Positions 37,235 to 45,662 of a stretch of DNA of 64,000 nucleotides are shown in pieces (position 1 is the stretch's first letter; each line of letters opens with the position of its first letter). The notes beneath the pieces are model-generated. The model had not been told where the DNA came from, made no database searches, and saw only the letters and a list, made by a program, of their open reading frames with translations. Both the position numbers and the translations under genes were made by a program. The stretch comes from Nitrosopumilus sp. (GTDB lineage Archaea > Thermoproteota > Nitrososphaeria > Nitrososphaerales > Nitrosopumilaceae). The DNA lies in NCBI GenBank assembly GCA_965249555.1, contig OZ252243.1, positions 384,001 to 448,000 on the forward strand, written 5' to 3'.

Positions 37235-37746
37235 ATAAACATTCAATCATCACAATAATAGCAATAATAGTTATAGTTACTCCATTTGCTTATTCTGGAT
37301 TAAGTATTGTTGGAGTACAACAATTAGAGTATAGATGGGACAATCCTGGTGAATTTACTTTTTTTACAATGTTAAATCAAGGTGAAATGGAATTTTGTAA
37401 TGCAATACCATTTTGGGTTACCTTTCAAAAATTTGAGATATCAACATTTTATCAATCAGAACATTTAGGTTCATTTGTTGTACAACCATTAACAATCAAC
37501 CCATATTCCTCAGTAGTGCAAGAGGGAATTTTCTCATCCGAAGAGATTTCAGAAGCTCAGCATATTTTTATGACTTTTGATTTTATGTTTAATGGTGGAA
37601 ATATCAGACTTGATCCTAATCAGTTTATCATTCTAATAACTACACATACCCCAATATTAGGAATAATTCCTTATTCATCTACAACTCAGATTTCAGGATT
37701 TGAATTTGATAAAATGATGAATGCTGAAGATTTAACTTGTGATTGA
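37231..37746 (+). CDS. Membrane-anchored hypothetical protein
   Basis: N-terminal TM helix, ATGA overlap with upstream gene. Confidence 0.7.
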   Translation: MNKHSIITIIAIIVIVTPFAYSGLSIVGVQQLEYRWDNPGEFTFFTMLNQGEMEFCNAIPFWVTFQKFEISTFYQSEHLGSFVVQPLTINPYSSVVQEGIFSSEEISEAQHIFMTFDFMFNGGNIRLDPNQFIILITTHTPILGIIPYSSTTQISGFEFDKMMNAEDLTCD

Positions 37747-38643
37747 TTTTTTTCTCGTATCAGCTCTAGATATTAGAGCCAAAATAATTCCAATAGCTGC
37801 TGCAATTCCAAATGCTGCAATGGTTCCAATAACTAATTCTGAACCTAGTCCTTTTACAGTAATTTCAGGTGACTGAGGTGTTGATGCAAGAACACAAACA
37901 CCGTCTTTGAGAACAGTTCCAGGACCACATCTTTCATCTAATACACAAGCACCGTCTTTGAGAACAGTTCCAGGACCACACTGAGTTTTTGGCGTATCAT
38001 CAACGGATGGTGTTTCTTCGACTGGTGGTTCTTCTACAAGTGTTTCTTCTACAGGTGGTTCTTCTACAGGTGGTTCTTCTACTGGTGGTTCTTCAACTGG
38101 TGGTTCTTCAACTGGTGGTTCTTCTACAGGTGGTTCTTCTACAGGTGGCTCTTCAACTGGTGGCTCTTCAACTGGTGCAGTGCCATCAAAGACTGTACCG
38201 ATAATTTCTACCTCTTCAATTCCTAATGGTAATTCAATGCTCAAAGTTCTACTTTGAGTAGTTGTTTCAGTTTCAGTATAACTTGGTTCATCACCATCTG
38301 CTAAAATAATAAAATCATAATCTAGTCCGTCAAAAGTAGAATCAAAGAAAGATCTATCAAATGTAATATCTAATGTTCCAAGAAAATCAGGTACATCAAC
38401 AGTTAGAATCAAGGAAATAATATCTAAATCAGTTTCAACTCCAGAAACAGTCATTCCTGTAACAGTATAATCAACATCAAATGAGTTTCCTTTGATATCT
38501 ACAGACATAGTTTCTGCATAGACTAGTGCTGAAGAGAGTAGTGTAAACAATATCAAGCCAAGTGAGATTTTTAATAGAGAATTAACATTAGGTGAATACT
38601 TTAGTCTTTCAGATTGCAAATTATCCATTCCGTGGTAATTCAA
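37732..38643 (-). CDS. Cell-surface protein with EEPPV stalk and Cys repeats
   Basis: Signal peptide, acidic beta domain, EEPPV repeats, 2x CGPGTVLKDG.C, C-terminal TM. Confidence 0.8.
   Translation of the reverse strand: MNYHGMDNLQSERLKYSPNVNSLLKISLGLILFTLLSSALVYAETMSVDIKGNSFDVDYTVTGMTVSGVETDLDIISLILTVDVPDFLGTLDITFDRSFFDSTFDGLDYDFIILADGDEPSYTETETTTQSRTLSIELPLGIEEVEIIGTVFDGTAPVEEPPVEEPPVEEPPVEEPPVEEPPVEEPPVEEPPVEEPPVEETLVEEPPVEETPSVDDTPKTQCGPGTVLKDGACVLDERCGPGTVLKDGVCVLASTPQSPEITVKGLGSELVIGTIAAFGIAAAIGIILALISRADTRKKSITS
37899..37980. repeat. Two identical 31-bp copies (51-bp period) encoding CGPGTVLKDG
   Basis: caccgtctttgagaacagttccaggaccaca at 37899-37929 and 37950-37980. Confidence 0.9.
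38008..38175. repeat. 15-bp coding tandem repeat (~11 units, EEPPV)
   Basis: ac(a/t)ggtgg(t/c)tcttc(t/a) units visible directly. Confidence 0.92.
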
Positions 38644-38757
38644 TATGATATGAAATCCTCCAAACGGGTGTTAAAAAGAATGAGACGATAATAAATCACG
38701 TACAAGTCAAGCTTTTTTGCTTATTTTTAAAATTCAGGCAGAAATTATACTAAAAAG

Positions 38758-39690
38758 CTAGATAACGCCTCGAAGTATTTGGATAATTTTCTCAGCAATT
38801 ACATTTGCTGCCAAAGATTGAGCTTCTTTTGTTTGAGCACCAATATGTGGTGTTAAAATTACATTATCCAGTTCTGTTAATTTGCTTCCAATTGCTGGCT
38901 CTTTTTCAAATACATCCAAAGCTGCACCACCCAAAGTACCATTTTTGAGGGCATCATAAAGTGCATCTTCATCAACAACACCACCTCTAGACGTATTGAT
39001 AATTTTTGCAGTCTTTTTCATTGTAGACATTTTTTGAGCATCAAGAAGATGATATGTAGAATCTAACAATGGAACATGTATTGAGATATAATCAGAACTT
39101 TGCAATAGAGTATTCAAGTCAGCTTTCATTAAACCAACTTCTTTTGAGAATTCCTCATCAATAGGAATTACATCATATCCAATAATATTCATGTTAAGTG
39201 CACGTGCAAGTCTTCCCAATCTTTTTCCAATGTTTCCTAAACCAATAATTCCAAGATATTTTCCTCGAAGTTCTGTTCCCTTCAATTCTTTTTTGAGCCA
39301 TTTTCCATTTCTGATTTCTCTATCACCCCTAGCAGTCTGTCTTGCCAAAGATAACATCAAACCTAAAACTAATTCAGCTACGGCATTCATTGCACCCTCT
39401 ACTGCATTAATGACACGAATATTTTTTGTCTTGGCTGCATCTTGATCTATATTATCAAGTCCAACACCAACACGTGCAATAATCTTACAATTTTCTGCCT
39501 TTTCGATCATCTCTTTGGTAATAGTTGTTCTACTTCTAACAATTACAATATGAAAATTAGAAATTTTTTCTAGAATCTGTTCGGTAGTAATAGTGGGTTC
39601 GTAGGAAACTTTCAAACCGTTATCATTTAAGATTTTGTTGAGTATTGGATCTACCTCATCACAAATTAAAACAGACTCATCAAAACCCAT
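38758..39690 (-). CDS. D-isomer-specific 2-hydroxyacid dehydrogenase (SerA-like)
   Basis: RVGVGLDNID, GIIGLGNIG, HVPL, NTSRG, LDVFEKEP, TPHIGAQT. Confidence 0.92.
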   Translation of the reverse strand: MGFDESVLICDEVDPILNKILNDNGLKVSYEPTITTEQILEKISNFHIVIVRSRTTITKEMIEKAENCKIIARVGVGLDNIDQDAAKTKNIRVINAVEGAMNAVAELVLGLMLSLARQTARGDREIRNGKWLKKELKGTELRGKYLGIIGLGNIGKRLGRLARALNMNIIGYDVIPIDEEFSKEVGLMKADLNTLLQSSDYISIHVPLLDSTYHLLDAQKMSTMKKTAKIINTSRGGVVDEDALYDALKNGTLGGAALDVFEKEPAIGSKLTELDNVILTPHIGAQTKEAQSLAANVIAEKIIQILRGVI

Positions 39691-39771
39691 GCATGATTGC
39701 CTTTATTCACCGAATATAATCATTATGAGTTAGAACATAAAAAATAGAAAAAGATTGAAGTTAGTACCTAT

Positions 39772-41175
39772 CTATGGTACTGGTGGTAATGTTGGTATTA
39801 CTTCCCATAAAGGAATCATACCTGCATCGACCATTTCAGAAGCAACTTCGTCAGTGTAAAGACCGTGAACATTTACTGCTGGATGTGCAATACTATTCAT
39901 TCCCATTGGTGGGACAGCATCGCTTGGATTACCTAATACATGTGCATATGATGGTACAGGATCAATTAAGATACCTGCATCGACCAATCTTGGATTCAAT
40001 CCAAATGGATCACCTGCAATGAAAAGACCAATTCCGCCAGTGTAAATTGCTGCATAGTCATGGTTTAGGAGTGCATAAGCTCCTGGTTCATCAAATACCA
40101 AATCCACAATCATGTTCTGTGAACCACCAAGCAACCATGTTTCAGTTGCTGCTGATTGAACTCTATTGCCTTGTGTAACTCTGTCCAGGATTTCTCCAAC
40201 AATGTGGAAGAATAATGGCTCGTTACCATGATTCTCAATGAAGAGTCTCACGTGTTGATCATTTTCAACATACAATAGTTGTGATTGGTACTGCTTGTTT
40301 TCAAGACCATTCCATGGTTGTGCTACAAAGATGTTTTTGTCCGCATCACCCTTTAGAAGGATGTTGTGTAACATGTTTGGAACATAACTGAATTGCATTC
40401 CATTAATGACTGTTGCAGAGTTATGATGTTGGAACATTGCTCCGGCATCATAGTTGCCATCGTCGTTCAAATACAATTGGTTGAATTGCAGTGTGAACTC
40501 TAATGCATCTGCATCGTAGAACATTCTGTCTAATTCACCGCTGCCGCTTGTCTTCTCTACCATTAATTTCTTGTATCCATTTGCTGGATCAACAATTGCA
40601 ATTCCGTACATGCCGGAAAATACGTGTTGGTCCATTCCAATTAGGTGGACACCAGAACAATGGTATTTGAAAACACCTGCGGATTCAGCAATGTAACAGT
40701 ATTGACTTGTTTCTCCAGGATTAACGGAGTCAAATTTCAATGCTGATATTTGTGATGCGTGCATGTCGTTACCGTGACCAGTAACTTCATCATCTGGAAT
40801 GGTAAGTGTCATTTGTACAACGTCACCTTGTGTAACTCTTAATGTTGGTCCTGGGACTTGTCCATCAAAGGTCATGGCGTTGTATGTTTTTCCTCCCATA
40901 ATTGGAAGTTCAACACTTTTACCAGTGAGATTGAACTCAACTACGTTGCGTCCAGTATCTGCAAGTGCACCGCAATCAGTTTCTGCGAATGCTTGAGGCA
41001 TTACTAGCTGTAAACCGCCCATTTGATGGATTTGTTCTATCACATTGACATCCATTTGTGAGATATCTAGTGATTGTCCAGCAATCTGGGTTTGTGTGTA
41101 TGTGCTTCCGAATAAGGTTGCCCCCATTACAGCTACTGCTGTAATTGTAAAGAGCATACTAACACGCTTATTCAT
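39772..41175 (-). CDS. nirK: Copper-containing nitrite reductase (thaumarchaeal type)
   Basis: PGPTLRVTQGD, HGNDMH, YHCSG...HVFSGMYG, FHIVGE, NHD copper ligands; signal peptide from ATG 41175. Confidence 0.92.
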   Translation of the reverse strand: MNKRVSMLFTITAVAVMGATLFGSTYTQTQIAGQSLDISQMDVNVIEQIHQMGGLQLVMPQAFAETDCGALADTGRNVVEFNLTGKSVELPIMGGKTYNAMTFDGQVPGPTLRVTQGDVVQMTLTIPDDEVTGHGNDMHASQISALKFDSVNPGETSQYCYIAESAGVFKYHCSGVHLIGMDQHVFSGMYGIAIVDPANGYKKLMVEKTSGSGELDRMFYDADALEFTLQFNQLYLNDDGNYDAGAMFQHHNSATVINGMQFSYVPNMLHNILLKGDADKNIFVAQPWNGLENKQYQSQLLYVENDQHVRLFIENHGNEPLFFHIVGEILDRVTQGNRVQSAATETWLLGGSQNMIVDLVFDEPGAYALLNHDYAAIYTGGIGLFIAGDPFGLNPRLVDAGILIDPVPSYAHVLGNPSDAVPPMGMNSIAHPAVNVHGLYTDEVASEMVDAGMIPLWEVIPTLPPVP

Positions 41176-41288
41176 AATCCATCGTGACTTGCAATTCCTA
41201 TATAATAATTCCCATTCCATATGTTGAAAAATTATGAAACCATCTGAAAAAGAATGAATAATAGGAGATAATTTGTTATAAAGTCAGC

Positions 41289-42650
41289 ATGAAATTTAGA
41301 TTAGACCAAGACTCTCTAGGAAAAGTCAAAGTCCCATCTGACGCATATTATGGGGCATTTACAGGAAGAGCAATCAAACAGTATCATGTTACAGGAAACA
41401 AAAGCCATGAAAATCTGATAAAGTCATTTGTAATGATTAAACGTTCTGCGGCAATAGCCAACATGAAGACAAAAGCAATCGATGTAAAGCGCGGAAGAGC
41501 CATAGTTTCTGCATGTGATAAAATCTTGTCTGGAAAATATGTTGATCAGTTTGTGGTAGATATGATAAACTCTGGTGCAGGTACTGCATTTAACATGAAT
41601 TCTAATGAGGTTATTGCAAATGTTGCACTAGAAGTACTTCATAAAAAGAAAGGACAATACCAGTTCTTACATCCAAATGATCATGTCAACATGTCACAAT
41701 CAAGTAACGACACATACCCAACTGCTATGCATGTTGCAATTTTGATGAATCTTAAAGAGACAATTCCAGCTATTGATATTTTGATAAAGTCACTATCTAA
41801 AAAAGCAAAACAATTTTCATCATTTAAGAAAATTGGAAGAACGCATCTAATGGATGCATTACCAATAACACTTGGTAGTGAATTTGCAGCTTATGCCACA
41901 TCAATTACCAAAGCAAGAAATGAAATTATTGCAGCACAAAAGGAATTACAAAATGTTGCACTTGGAGGAACAGCTGTAGGTTCGGGTGCAAACACACCAA
42001 AAGGTTACAGAAAGATTGCAATATCTGAACTTGGAAAAATTTCTAAACTTCCACTAAAACCTGAAAAAGATATGCAGTATAGTTTACAAAGTAAGTTTGC
42101 AGTTTCAAATCTATCAGGTTCTTTACGAAACTTGGCAATAGAAATTGGAAAGATTGCAAATGATATCAGACTAATGGCATCAGGTCCAATTGCAGGACTA
42201 GGCGAACTTGGTATTCCTGCAGTACATGCAGGTTCATCCATCATGCCTGGAAAAATAAACCCATCTTTGGCCGAATGCATGAACATGATTTGTTTTAACA
42301 TAATTGGAAATGATACGGCAGTATCACATGCGGCACAAGGCGGACAGTTTGAGCTCAATGTAATGTTGCCTGGAATGCTAAAGTGCATGCTAGAATCAAC
42401 AGATATGCTCAAAAATTTCTTGCCAATATTTTCTGCAAATCTGATTGACGGACTTGCTGCAAACAAAAACAAGCTACGTAAAGACATTGAAAACAGCCCA
42501 GTTATCGTTACGCTGTTAACCCCAAAAATAGGATATCTAAAATCTGCAGAACTCTTCAAAGAATCACTAAAGACTGGAAAAACCATCAGGGAGTTGGTTG
42601 TTTCAAAGAAATTACTAAGTAACAAAGAAATTGATTCGCTATTTGGATAG
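41289..42650 (+). CDS. Class II fumarase/aspartate ammonia-lyase family
   Basis: HPNDHVNMSQSSND, GRTHLMDA, GSSIMPGKINP signature. Confidence 0.93.
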   Translation: MKFRLDQDSLGKVKVPSDAYYGAFTGRAIKQYHVTGNKSHENLIKSFVMIKRSAAIANMKTKAIDVKRGRAIVSACDKILSGKYVDQFVVDMINSGAGTAFNMNSNEVIANVALEVLHKKKGQYQFLHPNDHVNMSQSSNDTYPTAMHVAILMNLKETIPAIDILIKSLSKKAKQFSSFKKIGRTHLMDALPITLGSEFAAYATSITKARNEIIAAQKELQNVALGGTAVGSGANTPKGYRKIAISELGKISKLPLKPEKDMQYSLQSKFAVSNLSGSLRNLAIEIGKIANDIRLMASGPIAGLGELGIPAVHAGSSIMPGKINPSLAECMNMICFNIIGNDTAVSHAAQGGQFELNVMLPGMLKCMLESTDMLKNFLPIFSANLIDGLAANKNKLRKDIENSPVIVTLLTPKIGYLKSAELFKESLKTGKTIRELVVSKKLLSNKEIDSLFG

Positions 42651-42653
42651 ATT

Positions 42654-43922
42654 ATGGCAAAGATTTTCGTAGAAGCTTACGGATGTTCAGCAAGTTTTGC
42701 TGATTCAGAGATGATTTCAGGGCTGATTCTAAATGGAGGTCATACTTTGGTTGATAACTCTTCAGAATCTGATCTAAATATTGTAGTTACGTGCTCAGTC
42801 AAAGATGCAACTGCAAACAAGATGGTTCATAGAATAAAATCATTAAAATCAAAACCGTTGGTCGTAGCTGGATGCTTTCCTAAAGCAGAACAGAGTACTG
42901 TTGAAAAGTTCTCAGAAAATGCTAGTTTAATGGGACCAAACTCACTAGGAATGACACTACAGGTAATTGATTCAACACTAAATGGAAAAAAACTGATTGC
43001 ATTAGAAGACTCTGATCTATCAAAGGTAGGACTTCCAAAAGTCAGACTAAATCCAGTTGTAGGAATTGTAGAGATTGCAAGTGGATGTATGAGTGAGTGT
43101 ACGTTTTGCCAGACCAAACTATCCAAAGGAGATCTTTCAAGTTATAGGTTAGGAGATATCGTTAGACAAGTCCAAACAGAAATCAAGGAAGGGTGTAAAG
43201 AAGTCTGGTTGACATCAACTGATAATGGATGTTATGGATTTGATATTGGAACTGACTTACCATCACTAGTAAATGCAGTTGTAGAAATTCCAGATGACTT
43301 TATGATTAGAGTTGGCATGATGAATCCAATGTATATGCCAAGAATCAAAGAAGACTTGATTGAATCTTTTGATAATGACAAAGTCTTCAAATTTCTCCAC
43401 ATTCCAGTACAAAGTGGTAGTGACAAAGTACTACATGATATGAAAAGAGGCCATACTGTAGGTACTTTTAGAGAAATTGTGAAAAAAGTAAAAGAAAGAT
43501 TTGGAGACTTTACCATTTCAACTGACATCATAGTTGGCTTTCCTTCAGAAACTGAAGAAGATTTTCAAAAGACAGTAAATCTGCTTGATGAAATAAGACC
43601 AGATGTGGTAAATCTTTCAAAGTATAGCACAAGACCAGGTACGGAAGCTGCTGAATGGGAACAAATTGATGTTGCAGAAATTAAACGAAGAAGTAAGACA
43701 ATTTTTGAGCAGATCAATAAAACATCGATATGGAACAACAAAAAGTGGATCGGTTGGACAGGTAAAGTTCTATTTGATGAAAAGACAAATGAAGGAATCA
43801 AAGGCAGAAACTTTGCATACAAGCCTGTCTTTGTCCGAAATGAAGTGGACATTGGTCAATACCATACAGTGGAAATTACAGATGTTACTGTAAACAGCCT
43901 TCTAGGAAAGATCGCAAGCTAA
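42654..43922 (+). CDS. MiaB-like radical SAM tRNA methylthiotransferase (archaeal MtaB/CDKAL1 type)
   Basis: YGC, TCSV, AGC; CMSECTFC; HIPVQSGSD; C-terminal TRAM. Confidence 0.9.
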   Translation: MAKIFVEAYGCSASFADSEMISGLILNGGHTLVDNSSESDLNIVVTCSVKDATANKMVHRIKSLKSKPLVVAGCFPKAEQSTVEKFSENASLMGPNSLGMTLQVIDSTLNGKKLIALEDSDLSKVGLPKVRLNPVVGIVEIASGCMSECTFCQTKLSKGDLSSYRLGDIVRQVQTEIKEGCKEVWLTSTDNGCYGFDIGTDLPSLVNAVVEIPDDFMIRVGMMNPMYMPRIKEDLIESFDNDKVFKFLHIPVQSGSDKVLHDMKRGHTVGTFREIVKKVKERFGDFTISTDIIVGFPSETEEDFQKTVNLLDEIRPDVVNLSKYSTRPGTEAAEWEQIDVAEIKRRSKTIFEQINKTSIWNNKKWIGWTGKVLFDEKTNEGIKGRNFAYKPVFVRNEVDIGQYHTVEITDVTVNSLLGKIAS

Positions 43923-43995
43923 ATTTTTTAGATCTAAAATTTGATTAAAAAAACGTAAGAAGGTTTTTTATCTAATTCAAAGAATAGGATCTGAA

Positions 43996-44946
43996 ATGAG
44001 TTTTCAAGTGAAGGAACCAATTCTAGTCATAGGTTTAGGGGGCATAGGCTCAAAATTAGCAGTTAAAGCAAAAGATTCCATGAATTCTGATTGTCTAATA
44101 ATTAGTAATGATGCAAAAGATTTCTCATCAGAGAATTCATCTATTCACGTTTCAACAGATTCAGTAGTTAATCCATCTGTTCAATTAATCAGAGGTTCAA
44201 CTTACAAGGCTGCTGACGAAATAAAATCAAAGATTGCAGGTTACTCTACAGTAGTTTTAATGAGCAACTTGGCTGGAAAAGCAGGCTCAGCTATGGCACC
44301 CGTAATATCAGAGATGTGTAAAGAGTCAGACACAGGATTGATTTCATTTGCAATTATGCCTTTCAAGTATGAAAAAGACAGAATTTTTAATTCTGGAGTA
44401 TCCCTAAAAAGAGTTAGAGAAAACTCTGAATGTACAATTGTTCTTGATAATGATTCGTTACTTGAGAGTAATCCGGATTTGAGCCCTAAAGCATGCTATG
44501 ATATTGCAAACTCTGCAATTATGCACGTAGTAAAATCACTTGGTTCATCTGAACTATCTGCTGAGACAAACATACTCACTACAAGCAAAGATGGACAAAA
44601 TATTGAAGATTCGCTAAGAGATTCATTAAAAATGCTCTATGAAAATGCACCACCAAATGCAATAAAACGTTCAATGTTGTATGTAGTTGGAGGAAGTAAT
44701 ATTCCAGTAGGAGTCTTAAACTCAATTACAAATCTTACAAGTGGAATTCTAAGTGAAAGTAATTCACAAATAGACATGATGTCAACTTCTGATGAATCCA
44801 AAGTAGTAATGTTATCATCCATTCAAGGAATGACAAAATTTGACAATTATGACCCACTTGGAATGATTCCGCAAGAAGATACACTTGATTGGGCTACACC
44901 AGATTGCAGCATTGATTGTAAATTGGAATTATACCAATTAGAATAA
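43996..44946 (+). CDS. ftsZ: Divergent thaumarchaeal FtsZ/tubulin-like protein
   Basis: VIGLGGIGS, LAGKAGS (degenerate tubulin signature), MPFKYE, LDNDSL. Confidence 0.85.
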   Translation: MSFQVKEPILVIGLGGIGSKLAVKAKDSMNSDCLIISNDAKDFSSENSSIHVSTDSVVNPSVQLIRGSTYKAADEIKSKIAGYSTVVLMSNLAGKAGSAMAPVISEMCKESDTGLISFAIMPFKYEKDRIFNSGVSLKRVRENSECTIVLDNDSLLESNPDLSPKACYDIANSAIMHVVKSLGSSELSAETNILTTSKDGQNIEDSLRDSLKMLYENAPPNAIKRSMLYVVGGSNIPVGVLNSITNLTSGILSESNSQIDMMSTSDESKVVMLSSIQGMTKFDNYDPLGMIPQEDTLDWATPDCSIDCKLELYQLE

Positions 44947-44951
44947 AAATA

Positions 44952-45657
44952 AGGTGATTGGGTACCTACTGCCCTTAACATATACTTCAACAATAGATCA
45001 AACAAATTACAATCTCTATTATTGTATCTCCATTCCATCTCCTTGATGTATAGTAAAAATTTACCGGGACTCACTCCATGATGCTTTGTCATGTTCTCTT
45101 TGGCAAAACTCCAAAGCCTTCAATGCCGTTAATGTAAACACTTTTGCCAAACATCCTGCTATGATCTATTGAGAGATGTTTGTAGCCATTAAACACAAGC
45201 GAGTCATATTCCTTCCATTTGTCGGTGTACACAATGCTTCCTTTTCTGACCTTCTTGATGATACTTGCAAGTAATGTTTTTGCTTTTACATTATTTACTA
45301 TCTCAACGTGAATTATCATTTCTCCCTAAAATTCCAAACACAACAGTCTTGTTTTTGGCACCATGCCCACGATTTCCCTTTCTTTTTCCTCCAAAATGCT
45401 ACCTCGTCAGCCTCAATCTGGCCCTTTAGGACCTTGTCTGTATTTGCCAATTCCTCAAGTATAGAGTATCTGATTGCATCAAATACTTTCAGAGTTATCT
45501 TGTAACTTGGATGCATCTGTTCTGATGCAGTCTTGATTCTAGGAATTGTATTAGCAATGATTCATCAGAGATTGTTTTTGCAAATGATACAAAATCCATC
45601 CATTGTTTTTGTGAAATATTCAATAATAATCTAGGGGTAATAGGTACCCAATCACCT
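44952..45657 (-). mobile_element. IS1595-family (ISXO2-like DDE) insertion sequence remnant
   Basis: TIRs AGGTGATTGGGTACCTA (44952-44968) / TAGGTACCCAATCACCT (45641-45657); transposase fragments in several frames: IEADE, VYTD, INGIEGF, KEMEWRYNNR. Confidence 0.88.
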
Positions 45658-45662
45658 ATAAT

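Noticed and set aside
38008-38175. Possible CRISPR-like array
   Set aside because: Contiguous 15-bp in-frame coding repeats with no spacers and no cas genes.
42005-42625. 206-aa antisense ORF and the many other short antisense/overlapping ORFs in the track
   Set aside because: They are shadows of well-supported genes on the opposite strand or frame, with no motifs.
43996-44946. Degenerate FtsZ signature as a novelty
   Set aside because: Divergent FtsZ is an established feature of Thaumarchaeota.
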